Shown here: positions 11,647 to 24,559 of the stretch, in pieces
Layout of the letters: every line of letters starts with the position of its first letter
How positions within the stretch are numbered: the first letter of the stretch is position 1
NCBI RefSeq assembly: GCF_001194135.2
Contig: NC_068998.1
Location: 34,394,448 to 34,458,447 of the forward strand
Direction of reading: 5' to 3'
Length of the DNA stretch: 64,000 nucleotides
Source: Octopus bimaculoides
Taxonomy: Eukaryota
Position numbers and translations under genes: made by a program
Notes under the pieces: model-generated
What the model was told of the DNA's origin: nothing
Databases searched by the model: none
Seen by the model: only the letters and a program-made list of their open reading frames with translations

Positions 11647-12537
11647 CATACAATAAGTCACTGACATTTACCCATATTCTACCAATCCACTAAACTAGGT
11701 AGCTATCATGATATGGTTGAACAGTTAACAGCAAGTATATCATATATTATCAAGTTTTTCATTGATTTGCATTACTGAGACCAAACTTTGGTATGAATAG
11801 TAACACCACCGCTCCCACCCTATTAATAAATACATTTGATTATGAAAAGTTAAGCAATCGACTGCTAATCGCACTTCCATGAAATATAGCTACCGACTGA
11901 TTGATTGATTAGTAGATAAGAAATAATGATATTTAATGAGGAGACATCAAATAAAATATATCACATAAAATTAATAGGGTTTTTTATAATATTTTTTTCA
12001 CTTGTCTGATAAAAAAGATTGATATTAATAATATTATATCCTTGATATCACTTAAGAATGCTTAGCTTCAATCGAGGAAACACTCATAGTGATTATATGG
12101 AATGATTTTTTTTTTGTTTAATATATATGTGTGTATGTGCGTGTATGTATAGATATATGTGTATACGTATACATATGTGTGTATGTGTATGTATGTATGT
12201 ACATATGTATGTATATGCATGTAATTATCTACCTATCTATGTCTCTATCTGTGTGTGTGTATATATATATTATAATGGTTTTGCCAACTTTCTCTTTATG
12301 AAGGCAGCTGGACTTATTGTAAGATCTTTGTGTGACTGTTTACTGGTTGCATACTCAAACGTTTTTGCCTATGCCATCTTCAAATTATGAATATTACAAT
12401 TATTATGTAACTCCAAGCTTCCTGAAACAGCTGCTGGGGTTAGAAATTATGTATTCTCTTCTCTTCTTGGTATTGTTTTATGCTCTGTTTAAATATATTT
12501 GTATGTATGTTTGTATGTATGTATGTATGTATATATA

Positions 12538-12670
12538 GTTCAAATTTACAGAAAACAAAAAATGAAGACAGGTGAAGGAACAACCAACTAGCAGGTGTAT
12601 TAGTTTAACACTCAGGAAGAATGGAAAAGTTTTTAATGTTTCCAGAGAGAGAAAAAATTGTGTATGGATT
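12538..12670 (-). repeat. Dispersed repeat, truncated homolog of 30208-30400
   Basis: agttcaaatttacagaaaac...gcaggtgtattagtttaa...atgtttc aligns with 30208-30316. Confidence 0.7.
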
Positions 12671-12939
12671 AATGGTTCAACATGATGAAATGGCCGGAAG
12701 AGGTTGAGTGAAAGGGAGATAATAACGTTGACCTGAAACTATAGTGTGCAAGTGTATGTGTGTATGTGAGAATGGTGTATGTGAGTGCGTATGTGTTAAT
12801 GGGGATGAGTGCATGGGTATGTATGTGTGGGCGAGCTTAAAATTATGTGGGCTTGTGTGTGTGTTTGTATATAAGTAACCTAGTGTGTGTGTTGTGTGGA
12901 GTGATATGCATTTTGTGTATTTGTGATACATTTGTCAAT

Positions 12940-13660
12940 GTTGTACAGCATGAGGATGAAAGGTGTGAGGTGTTCAGGATTGCAAAGAAAACTGAGATGT
13001 TGTGAGTGAGAGATAGGTGCAAATGGATAATGAAATGCTTGAACTTAGCAATTCTGAGAAGAAAGGTGCATGGAAGTGCTACTATGAAAGGCTGCTGAAT
13101 GTGGAGAATGCACAGGAAAAAGGAGAACCTTTCAAATATAGATCCAACTGAGGGACCGGCCATCAGACTTGACAGCAGTATGTTAGATAAGGATATGAAG
13201 TCAAGGAATGCTCTTGAACCATCAGGAATCATTGCTGAGATGCTTGAAATATCTGGTGGAGTAGGATAGGGCCTAGTCTCTCATATAGTTAATCAGGTTA
13301 CACAAGGAGTCATCTTCAACAACTGGTGTAGTAGTATTATAGCTAGCTGCTACAAGACTAAAGGTGATGCCTGAGATAGAAAGAACCACAGAAGTATCAA
13401 ACTGCTGGACTAGGTCACAAAAGTTACAGAGAGAATTATAGCTCAATTGATTAGGAAAAGAATTAAACTAGATGTGCTGCAGTTTTGGGTTTCTGCCTAG
13501 AAGAATACCAAAGATGCTATCATCTTAGTGAGACCACTGCAGAAGTAGTTAACCAAAAGTAAACCATTGTACTTGGTTTTCATCATCTGGAGAAAGCTTT
13601 GACAGAGTCACTCAGTTATCTGGTAGTCTCTGAGGAAGTTAAGAGTAGATGAGTGGCAGA
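12940..13660 (+). mobile_element. RTE-clade LINE RT fragment
   Basis: KGDA*DRKNHRSIKLLD*VTKVTERIIAQLIRKRIKLDVLQF...DAIILVRPLQK...KPLYLVF..LEKAFDRV; multiple stops and frameshifts. Confidence 0.9.
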
Positions 13661-14194
13661 CATTCACCAAAGCTCAGTTCTCAGTCCACTCTTTTTCATC
13701 GTAACCCTCCAGCCATGCTAAGAACGCATAGTAATTAAGCTCTCTCTTGAGGTTGTAGAGAGTTTCTTGAGATAGGTTTTTGTAGATAGGTTCTTGAGAA
13801 GAGCTGCCTACCTCAGTAAAACTGAGTTTGGAAGTGCTGTGTGCCCTACTCCCATGTAACATTAAATTTTCATACACCCTATCTCAATAAACAAAACAAC
13901 ATCTCCTCCTCTCCTCCTCTCTTTCTCCTCTCCTCTTCTCCTCCTCTCTTTCTCCTCTCCTCTTCTCCTCTTCCTAACATTTTTCATGTACTTTGCTTAT
14001 CTCTCTTTCTCTCTCTCTACTACTGCATCTCATTCCAGTGAACTCCTCCCTGCCCTGCTAACTGTATCATTATTATCCTGTTGTTAACCCATCCCTCTAT
14101 ATGCCCAGGTTTCACCAGTCACTGCATCCATCTTCTCCCCATCCCTTTTTGCATTCATATTCCCTGTTTACACACCCTCCGCAAAACTCTCCCA

Positions 14195-14214
14195 GACCGA
14201 CGGACGGACGGACG

Positions 14215-14264
<50 letters not shown>

Positions 14265-14328
14265 TAGATAGATAGATAGATAAATAAATAAGTAGAGAGA
14301 GAGAGAGAGAGATCTTTTACACACATAA

Positions 14329-14367
<39 letters not shown>

Positions 14368-14400
14368 TGTGTGTGTGTGTGTGTGTGGGAGTTTGTGTGT
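14195..14400. repeat. Compound microsatellite (GACG)n-(GACA)n-(GATA)n-(AATA)-(GA)n followed by (TG)n
   Basis: Read directly from the sequence. Confidence 0.95.
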
Positions 14401-14429
14401 GTATCAAAAGGATGAAAGGGCCTTCCTGT

Positions 14430-14657
14430 GTCATAGGTTCATAAGGCCAATTTCCAGGATCCTGTCGTATATCCATTAACCACTGGACAGGATGCTGCTC
14501 TGTTGCAGGATTACTCTTTTCTGCCAGCTGAGTGGACTAGAACAATGTGAAATGAAGTGTCTTGCTCAAGAACATAACACATTGCCTGGTCCAGGAACTG
14601 AAACCACACTCTTATGACTGAGGGTGTAACATCCTAATCATTGAGCCACAAACCTCC
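14430..14657 (-). mobile_element. tRNA-derived SINE of a different family
   Basis: Minus strand ggaggtttgtggctcaatgattagg...ggtttcagttcctggacc...ttcttgagcaagacacttcatttcac: tRNA-like head plus conserved-core-like motif. Confidence 0.6.
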
Positions 14658-14724
<67 letters not shown>

Positions 14725-15667
14725 CAGATAGACAGACAGACAGACAGACAGGCAGGCAAGCAGGCAGGCAGACAGGCAGGCAGGCAGACACAAACACACA
14801 CACACATTTCTGTTAATAATTTTTCTTTGTTATTACAGTTCCATTTTCTAATCTCATTAGAATCAACAGTTACCATCTCTGCTCTCAAAATCATTGAAAT
14901 AATTAGCAAAAATATACACAAGTTGATTCAGTTCTTACACCATGATCATAAGAAAATAATGTATGAATCAATGGAGAAAGTTCTGTCACTTTTAAGATAA
15001 GCATCAGCTCTTGGAATAACTGAGGGATTTTTAATGTATTTTTGTACTGCTTAGCTTTTATTTTTTCTGTAATGAAAAACCGTGAATAATGTCTTCTTAT
15101 AAACAATGTTAAGTCTGAAGAGTGTGAGGGTAATGATAAGGCGATTGTATTGATGATGAAGGTGTGAATGGGAATTGATTATGATGAGGATGGAGGTGGC
15201 ATCACTGATGAAGGTGATGATCTTAGCATAAAGTGTACCAAAGAAGAAAATGGAGCATTGTTTTGGTGGTGATGATGGGGATAATGATGATAGTTGAAGA
15301 TGGAAAAGGAGGGAGGATAACTACTGCACAGCTCCATTTTGGTTGTTGTCTCAGTTTTGATATTATTTTGAGTAGACAGAAAGAGTTTTAGGTTTTCTTT
15401 GAAATATTCAATTGTATGAGAATTCCCAAAGGTTATCGCCAGTAGGATCTATAGTTTTTGAATTATAACATTCTGAAATTGTTTTCTTTGTTTTTGCTTT
15501 TTATCACTCTTTCTTTTCCTATGAGAATTGCTAAATGGTGCCAAGTAAAAAAAAAATTAAAGCTGATTGTGGGAGATGGCTAAACAAGTTTAATCAAATG
15601 TACCAGCAATAAAGGAACAACAGTAACTGAGAACATAGAAAGCTTTCATAAAGTATGTAAACAAAGG

Positions 15668-16010
15668 CATAGGCATGGCTATGTGGTAAGGAACTTGCTT
15701 CCCAACTACATGGTTCCAGGTTCAGTCCTACTGCATGACACCTTGGGCAAGCGTCTTTTACTCTAGCCTTGGGTTGACCAAAGCCTTGTGAGTAGATTTG
15801 GTAGATAGAAATGGAAAGAAACTTGTTGTTGTTGTTGTCTGTGCGTGTTTCCACAATTGTTGCCACCACCACTTGACAGTCGGTGTTGGTGAATTTACAT
15901 CTACATAACAGATTTTCAGCAAAAGTATTGGAGTCAATTCATTCAACTGAAAATTCTTCATGCCCCAGCATGGCCACAGTTTATTGACTGAAACAAGTAA
16001 AAGATAAAAG
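15668..16010 (+). mobile_element. Composite SINE copy
   Basis: Head, CORE-like motif, short (TTG)n/(TG) spacer and tail homologous to 2447-2850. Confidence 0.85.
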
Positions 16011-16099
16011 AAACCAACTTCAAGTAGTGGACAGCATTTCCTTAACAAGAATTGAAATTGGAAGTTTAGCTCTATATTATATGAAGCATGGAAATATTG

Positions 16100-16295
16100 G
16101 CTTCACATTTTGGCACACAGCCAGCAGCTTTGGGGGAGGATGTAAGTCAATTACATCGACCCCAGTGCTCATCTGGTATTTATTTTATCAATCTCCAAAA
16201 GAATGAAAAGCAAAGTCTATCTTGACAGAATTTGAACTCAGAATGTAATGATGGACGAGATGCTGTAAAGCATTTTGCCACCTTGCCAACTTAAA
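16100..16295 (-). mobile_element. SINE family C copy
   Basis: Reverse complement of ttctgagttcaaattc...ctttcattc...ataaaataaataccag...cactggggtcgatgtaattgac, homologous to the 46.2-46.85 kb copies. Confidence 0.75.
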
Positions 16296-18089
16296 TGAAG
16301 GAAATAATAATAAAAGTTTACAATGAACATGAAGTATGGAAATATTGGAAACATTCCAAGTACTTTACTGTTTTCTATATTGGGTTTTGCTAGACTCTTC
16401 ATTTGTTACACTACATCCTCTTTCAACACTGTTATGTGATGTAATAAAAACAGTTCCTAAGTGATGAGAGTTCATTTAATAGCCCCGGCTTAACTCTGGT
16501 ATCAACACATATAGTGGATGAAAGAGTTAAAATGTTCACTGGATAGGATGTTTATGTATCATTAATAACCTTTGCAAATAATAAGATATCTCTTGCTAAT
16601 ATACACGAATAGGAGTTTATGTAATATAACATCCTGTCCAGATTGCCAATTAAATGTTTGCCATGAATTTGAACTCACAACCTGTAAATTTATAGTCTAC
16701 TAACTTATCTCGTTTACAATACACTAAACTATATTATGCTTTTCTCTTTAACTTTGCTGCTTTGCATTGTACCTTCCTACAATTCTTCCCCATACTACTT
16801 AACACATACATAAAAAAAAAACCCACTAAGATATGTGCAGGCTCATGTGTCCTGATAATCCATCTATCTTTAGCCTATGAAACTATTTACAGCAATGACA
16901 ACAACAATGACAATATCAACAATAATTACAATAACTACAGTATCATTGTCAGCTGCAGCAACAGTAACAGCAGCAATTATGATCACTAGTGCATGAAAGA
17001 GTAAACTAGCAACTGCAATGCAGTATGAAAGCAGGGTAAATGAGAAAAAAAACAAAAAATATTTGTGGGCTTTGGTGACAAGTGGAAATATGGATAACCA
17101 ATTGCTGTTTCAGGCTGTTTCATAGAAAGAAATAATATGCTGATTTATGGGCATGCACAATGGCTTCCTCGTGTCAGCAATTTGTGATAAAAGGGGATAA
17201 TAATAATGAATTGTGTTGCAATAAAATTAAAAAAATAGCATTTTTGCATCCATTGTACTTCATGATATTTCTCTGATAAATTTCCTAGTGTTTTTTTCCT
17301 TGGTTTATTTTTGATTGAATTATTTCTCTTTATTTTCTTTTTTTTTTTTTTTTTTTTTTTTTTGTAGTTTAACTTCTGCTTCATTCTGAGAATTGGGTGA
17401 ATGGGTGAATTTTGCTTTCTTTTTCAATTCTAAGTCTTTCAACAAAAGCCATATCATAAATATGCCATCATGCCACCATTGAATAATCAAAAGTAGAGTA
17501 ATGAATTCTCCCTTTTAATTAATGCTAGAAAATACAAAGGAAGGCATCAACAAAATTCAGAAATAATTGATACTGAAAATATATGAATGGTTATTAGGGT
17601 GGTGGAGTCATATATTATACAATAGAATACCAGACTAAATGTAATATTTAGTTTTTTCCATCAAGGTTCTGAATTCAAGTCTCAATGGATTAATTTTATA
17701 TTTAATTCTTTCAGGGTTGATAAAATACATGACAATCAATGAAATTTAAAGTTCATTTTACTTTGTCTAATCTAATTCTTCAAGGTTTCGAGTACATCCA
17801 CTGCAGTAACAAATTTTACTTATCACCAGCCTCTCATACCCCATGGTAGATTATGTAAGTTACTGCAATACACTGGGAATCAATGAAGGTGGCAGTATGC
17901 TTTACAATATATTATTGCATCTTACAGTATTTTAAGTTCAATTTTTATTGCAACCAACATTACCTTTCTTTCTTCCTGGGTTAAAAATTGATGGTTGAAA
18001 TGTATTGTGATTAACAAAGAGAAAAATGTCCCTTGTAGTGGTTTCTTATGTTAATTCTGAGTTTTCTCTTGGAATCTATTTTTCATTAC

Positions 18090-18360
18090 ATCAGACTTGT
18101 CTATGGCATTCTTCATGTATGACCCGAAAAGTTCCTCTCCAAATTGTAACCTTGCCTTCGTGTGTAAGTCTCCTTTCTCCATACTGCTGATCATTTCCTA
18201 GAGGAAGTTAAAGTTAATACAACCTGGTGCTACTGTTGTCACAGACATTGGCATCAGATTACCGAGAACCAGAAAACATATCACAAGGCAACTCTTTCAA
18301 TCCTCAAACAATTCCACCAAAGATTATCAACATTATACGGCATCAATTCAATCAACCGTA
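18090..18360 (+). mobile_element. Decayed LINE (RTE-like) RT fragment
   Basis: Frameshifted HKATLSILKQF / IPPKIINIIRH resembles the LxxYGIPxKIINII motif after RT domain 3. Confidence 0.45.
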
Positions 18361-19299
18361 ACCACTCTGGCAAAAATTTTCTTTTTCTTAATAAACGAAA
18401 CAACTATGGCATTTATCTCTGATTGCTTTAACCTTTTTGTAGTTAATCCTTTTATTTTATTTTATCTTATTAATGTTTAAAATATTTGTTTGTTTTTGAT
18501 TCAGTGATTTCTGATGACATTTTATGGAAGATTTCCTTTAAACTTTACTACTTGGATTCTTTTTTGAAAGTTTTTAAGAAACATTTCAACAACATCTATT
18601 TTCTATCCTCACCCATTCCTAAATGTTATTCTTCTTTCTTCTTCCTTCTCATCATCATCCTCCACCACCACTGCCACCACTACTACCACCAACACCACCG
18701 CCAATATCAATGTGTGGACCACCAGCATAATATTGTTGTGACATCTTCAGTATTTACATTTTCTCTATTCCTATCAACTCTACCATCATCGTGATTTCAG
18801 TTTTCATTAAGGCAGATATCTCAGACATCATCAAGATCATCATCATTCACATACCATCATCACCATCATCACTATTGGTTTATTGTTCAGTTGTTTTCAA
18901 GTGACATGACAGCTGAATAGCTAATGGATAACTAATCTATTTCCTAGCAATATTATTTCATTTGTAAGATAGAACTATCTGGTGCTAAATTTGATACTGA
19001 TTAGTTATATACATATAATGTGCTAAAAATTTACCAGAAAATATTAGAGAAATTAGTTTCTTGACACAGAATTGATGCCCTTCTCAAAGACATTTGCAAC
19101 TTACACACAACCAAAATCACCACCTGAAAATCAAAATGAAGTCATATATATATGTTTTTTATATATATATATATATACATACATATACACACACACACAC
19201 ACATGCATGCACACGCACACACACACACACACATAAATATATCCATCTAAGAATCCATATGTCAGGAAAATATGCACTCATATTTGTCAGTAGAGTGGG

Positions 19300-19599
19300 T
19301 ATATTAATTGAAGTGTACAGTATTATATATCAATTACAGCCGATCTTACCAGTCCATTTCACAATAGGGGTTCAACAGAGTGTTTGGTAATAGGCTAATT
19401 ATGTAACCCTGCACTCTTCAGAAATAGCAGTTATGGAATTAAATATGGTGCCATATTTCATTCCATAACTGCCATATCTGAAGAGTGCACAGTTACATAA
19501 TCGGGCTGTTATCTAACACTCTGTTGCACCCCTACTGCAAAAACGATTGGTAAGATCAGCTGTAATGAATATATAATACTGAACACTTTGATTAATATA
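19300..19599. mobile_element. 300-bp palindromic fold-back element (MITE-like)
   Basis: 149-bp arms around a 2-nt centre (19449-19450); about 24 substitutions and no indels by manual alignment (about 84% identity); TA-rich ends. Confidence 0.9.
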
Positions 19600-20184
19600 T
19601 GTATGTGTGTGTAGTTTTCTTGGAGTTTAACTTAAATTTAAATGTCTACAATATACTTAAAGTAACTATCCAGATTTGTACATATGTTATATTTTCTAAT
19701 TTTCTTTTTATTCAGTGAAGGAAGGACAATGTCATGAACCATTTGAGGGCTTCCAAAACTGATGGGAGGATAAGAGAAATTTGTCTCTAGATATGAGACT
19801 TGGTTTGAATGCTTATAACAGATGTACTACACTAAGGGGATTGGAGGGTCAGGTGGTGGTATTAAACCAGGAAATGGATTAAGTCACTGATATAATCTAA
19901 ATAAACGATGCATGCAGATTGGAAAGGTTTTTGTGAGAAAGTTCTTGTATCAGAAATAAATCAACAAAATCACTGAGGAGAATGTTGTTCCTTACATATA
20001 AAATGAGCCATGCTATGTAGCATACTCTTTCCAAGCCATATGGGCCTGAATAAAAGGATATTGAAATTATAATCATGGAGGTGGGGTCATTTTGTTATTC
20101 TGCACTGGACAAGCTTTGATCTAAAAGTGTTAGCAAAGATACTCCACCTGTCATTTTCCCTAATATCATAACTTAATTTTTTTA

Positions 20185-20407
20185 TTTTTTCAGTTATTAG
20201 ACTGTGGTCATGTTGGAGCACTGCCTTGAAGGATTTTTAGTCAAATGAATCGACCCCAGTGCTTTTTTAAGCCTTGTACTTATTCCATTGGTCCCTTTTG
20301 AACTGCTAATTTACTGAAATGTAAACACACCAACTCTGGTTGTCAAGTGGTGGTGAGGGACTTACACATACAGACACTCTTTAATGCATACACACACACA
20401 CATGCAT

Positions 20408-20474
<67 letters not shown>

Positions 20475-20625
20475 ATGCTTCTTTCAGTTTCCACTCAGCA
20501 AATCCACTCATAAGGCTTTCATCTGCCTGAGGCTAGTAGAAGACACTTGCCCAAGATGCCACATTGAGGGACTGAGCCCAGAACCATGTGGTTGGGAAGT
20601 GAGCTGCTTACCACACAGCCATGCC
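20185..20625 (-). mobile_element. Composite SINE copy with long internal (CA)n
   Basis: Tail and head homologous to 2447-2850; (CA)n at about 20390-20470. Confidence 0.85.
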
Positions 20626-21658
20626 TTACATGTTTAGGACTGCAATATTTTAACATGTCCTTCCCTTTCACAAGATAGTAGGAGGTTGAAGAAGATTTGA
20701 CTATTCTCTCTAGCAATCTAGGTGATTAACTAGAGACTTTCCTACACTGGTGTATCATGATAATGTTTGATGTGAAATGAAAGAAGCTAGAGCAGAAGAA
20801 TATCGTGAAAGAGATGTAGAGGAAGATGAGATAGATGTGTTGGGAGAAGAAACTTTTTATAGCAAGCAAGATTCTCACTAAATTTTGTTGATTTTGTGAG
20901 TAAAATTTCGATATTCACCTTTTAAGATTTATTGTTTTTATTTCAGAAAGTTAGTTGAGCTTAAATGCTGATTCTATACAGAAACATCTAAGTTGAACAT
21001 GTTCAGTGCACATTCGTGATACAAAATTAATTATATGTTTCATTCCAACCAAAATACATATACTGTAGTGAAAATATATATTTTCTAGAACAAATAACTG
21101 GTAGTATTATCCTTTAAATCAATCTACACCAAATGTAAAAGCAGTTTTAGTTTCAGATTCAGTGGTCTGAAAAGTCAAAGGGATGTCTGACACCATGTTG
21201 TTGTTATAGCTGCAGCTAATATTGATGATGTGGTGGTGGTGACGGCAGCAGCAGCAGTGGTGGAGGTGGTGGTGGTGGAAATGGTTGTGGTGGCACTGGT
21301 GGCAGTGGCACTTACAGTAACAGTGGTAATAGTGGTGGTAGTGATGATAATAATAAGGAAGTGGATTTTAATAGTTTTATCAAAGGTGATGCTGTGGATT
21401 TTGGTAATGACATGATGGGAATGATAGGAATAAGAGAGATAATGATAATAAAAATGATGAAGAAAAAGAATTGCATTTTAATTGTGTTAGAATTGCATTT
21501 TAATTGTCTTGTGAATCACCACCATTATCAACAGGGCCTGACTCATTATCATTGTTGTCATCATCATCATCATCATCATCAGGAAAGATATAACCAAATC
21601 AATCATTTTTCAGTGAGAAAGTTACCTGTCACTTTTAATTTGATTTAAAACCATGAGC

Positions 21659-21700
<42 letters not shown>

Positions 21701-21703
<3 letters not shown>

Positions 21704-22160
21704 TTTTATTCTTTTATTGGTCTCAACCAGAGGTGGAGACCATGCTGGAGCACCCCCTTTCAATGTTCTCCGTTCTCCTTTCTGTACTGCTCTTGGTGAA
21801 GAAGCGAACTGGATGGAGCCTCTCTTCTTTGTACCTCTTGCTGCAATATGGGTTCATCTGGATTTCAGAGAGAAATTTTTCCAGGTGCTTTTTGAGGGTT
21901 TCCACATCTACCCCTCACAAATCTCTGAGATTGTTTGGTGGGATATTAAACAGTTGTGGTCCTCTGAAACCCAAGCTGTTGCAATACTGGATCCTTAACC
22001 AAGATGAAGAAGATGGGATCTTTGGTATTATGCAGTGCTGTCCAGTTCAGTGGTTGGTGTAGCTTTTATTTCCAAAGTTGGGAGCCAGACCTTCAAAGAT
22101 CTTCCATACTTATATCCCTGCGTACCTTTCTTGCCTTCTCTCCTGGAAGTAGAGCTTCAG
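21701..22160 (-). mobile_element. CR1-like LINE 3' end (ORF2 C-terminus plus 3' UTR)
   Basis: DLKLYFQERRQERYAGI*VWKIFEGLAPNFG...SLGFRGPQLFNIPPNNLRDL*GVDVETLKKHLEKFLSEI; tail ggtgctccagcatgg...(TAAAAGAA)2, then (TA)n. Confidence 0.85.
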
Positions 22161-22164
22161 GTCT

Positions 22165-22934
22165 TTTATTCTTTTACTTGTTTCAGTCATTTGACTGTGG
22201 CCATGCTGTAGCACCATCTTTAGTCAAACAAATCGACCCCAGGACTTATTCTTTGTAAGCCTAGTACTTGTTCTATCAGTCTCTNNNNNNNNNNNNNNNN
22301 NNNNNNNNNNNNNNNNNNNNNNNNNNNNNNNNNNNNNNNNNNNNNNNNNNNNNNNNNNNNNNNNNNNNNNNNNNNNNNNNNNNNNNNNNNNNNNNNNNNN
22401 NNNNNNNNNNNNNNNNNNNNNNNNNNNNNNNNNNNNNNNNNNNNNNNNNNNNNNNNNNNNNNNNNNNNNNNNNNNNNNNNNNNNNNNNNNNNNNNNNNNN
22501 NNNNNNNNNNNNNNNNNNNNNNNNNNNNNNNNNNNNNNNNNNNNNNNNNNNNNNNNNNNNNNNNNNNNNNNNNNNNNNNNNNNNNNNNNNNNNNNNNNNN
22601 NNNNNNNNNNNNNNNNNNNNNNNNNNNNNNNNNNNNNNNNNNNNNNNNNNNNNNNNNNNNNNNNNNNNNNNNNNNNNNNNNNNNNNNNNNNNNNNNNNNN
22701 NNNNNNNNNNNNNNNNNNNNNNNNNNNNNNNNNNNNNNNNNNNNNNNNNNNNNNNNNNNNNNNNNNNNNNNNNNNNNNNNNNNNNNNNNNNNNNNNNNNN
22801 NNNNNNNNNNNNNNNNNNNNNNNNNNNNNNNNNNNNNNNNNNNNNNNNNNNNNNNNNNNNNNNNNNNNNNNNNNNNNNNNNNNNNNNNNNNNNNNNNNNN
22901 NNNNNNNNNNNNNNNNNNNNNNNNNNNNNNNNNN

Positions 22935-22970
<36 letters not shown>

Positions 22971-23135
22971 TATATACAATGGGCTTCTTTCAGTTTCTGT
23001 CTACCAAATCCACTCACAAGGTTTTGGTTGGCCTGAGGGTATAGTAGAAGACACCATCCCATGGTTTTATGCAGTGGGACTGAACCCAGAACCATGTAGT
23101 TGGGAAGCAAGCTTCTTACCACACAGCCATGCCTG
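22165..23135 (-). mobile_element. Composite SINE copy with an assembly gap in its internal microsatellite
   Basis: Tail 22165-22284, N-gap, (TA)n, head 22980-23135. Confidence 0.85.
22285..22934. other. Assembly gap (N-run); other gaps at about 26125-26151, 27789-28053, 37026-37153 and 51156-51165
   Basis: N characters in the sequence. Confidence 1.
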
Positions 23136-23159
23136 CACCTATGCGTGTGTGTATGTGTT

Positions 23160-24510
23160 GTTTACATAACCTAATACACCTATGATGATAGGTACAAATG
23201 AGAATTCATAATCAGGGTATAAGAGCTGTAAGGCTGTAAGTTCCATATTAATTTGACATTAATGTTCTCTTTTTCCTGGACTTTTGATTTTACATTCACA
23301 TCTGCTGGGCAGACTTTTGTTCCCTGTCCCACAGAACAATAACAGGTCTGTTATGTATGCACTGACTTGATGTTTTTATAGGGGTGTTCCTCAGTATTCC
23401 TTGTTTTCAAATGTGTGAATACCTGCTGGTTCTGACATACCTTTGGTATGTATGTCAGTGTGCAGTCCTTCTGTGGATAGCATTGCAAATAGTCTTTGCA
23501 ACTATATTCTGCCACGGGGTGGGGATAGGGGAAGGGTAGTATCTCATAGACATTTTGGGGCAGCTACTAATGATGTGGGTGGTATCTTCCACACTGGTAT
23601 AACAGAGCTGATATTTTTATTGTGTTTGGTGATATCTTTGTCCTTCTTGTTTTATAAGGTACTCAGTAGCTATCTCTTATTCCTGGACAGTGAAGGTATA
23701 TCTTTCTAGGTGAGATGTAATGTATCCATCGCAGGTTTGGGTGAGGCCACCCTTCCTGTCAATGCTGTTGGTGTCCTCTAACTTATGGGACATGTACCTA
23801 TTCATTGCATTTTGCTGATATGGTGCCTGCTTTTCCTCCAAGCTTCTGTTTAGGTAGGCCACTCCAGCTTCCTTTGGGTCACATGTGACAGTTGTATTCT
23901 CAGGGTACCTGCACAGTTGTTCTCCAGTTCTGAAGATGCTGTTGCTCCTACTTTTGAGTATGCATGCAATGTACTCATTTCTTTCTTTACTATTCAGTAC
24001 GTGTTGTCTGAGTAATACGATACAACATTCAAAGGCTGTTTTGACTGACATACCTCTACCACCATCACTTATCTCATATAAATCCTGTCGGTGTCGGTGT
24101 CGGTGTTAATGTGGAAGTTGCCAGTGGTGGTCAGTACCTTTCTGGTTTTGATGTCTAGGCTGCGTATCTCATCGAGAGTCTAGTGCAATATCCAGATGTT
24201 GGTACTAGCACTGGTACTGCAAAAGCATTGTGAGATATGGTCTTGTTAAATGCAGATAGCTCTGAGTTCCATATTTTCCAGAGTCTACAGAAGTACACCT
24301 TTATTTTCTGGCTTTAGTCACAACACCAGCATATTCAGCATTCTCATCAACTCTGATGTATTTGTAGTGCTCATCATTACAGATAGGGGAGATAGACAAG
24401 CCGTTGATGTACATGGTCTCTGCTTGGTTGATAATCTTTCCTTCATTGACCATCATGTATGCGTATTTATCTTGTCCATACTCCATTTCTGTATCTCATG
24501 AAAATGTCAT
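23160..24510 (-). mobile_element. R4/Dong-like non-LTR retrotransposon, 3' part (RT end, zinc-knuckle region, RLE remnant)
   Basis: EMEYGQDKYAY...HYKYIRVDEN...KIWNSELSAFNKTISHNAFAVPVL...IRSLDIKTRKVLTTTGNFHINTDTDTDR...GYITSHLERYTFTVQE...EDTTHIISSCPKMS...LYPDYEFSFVPIIIGVLGYV. Confidence 0.85.
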
Positions 24511-24559
24511 GAGTAGTTCTAATTGTCTCTTGGATGTTGGTCATATTACCTGAATATAA

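Noticed and set aside
18093-18161. Exon-like segment with strong acceptor and gtaagt donor
   Set aside because: Continuous with a decayed LINE RT (IPPKIINIIR); the next acceptor would give a 38-nt intron.
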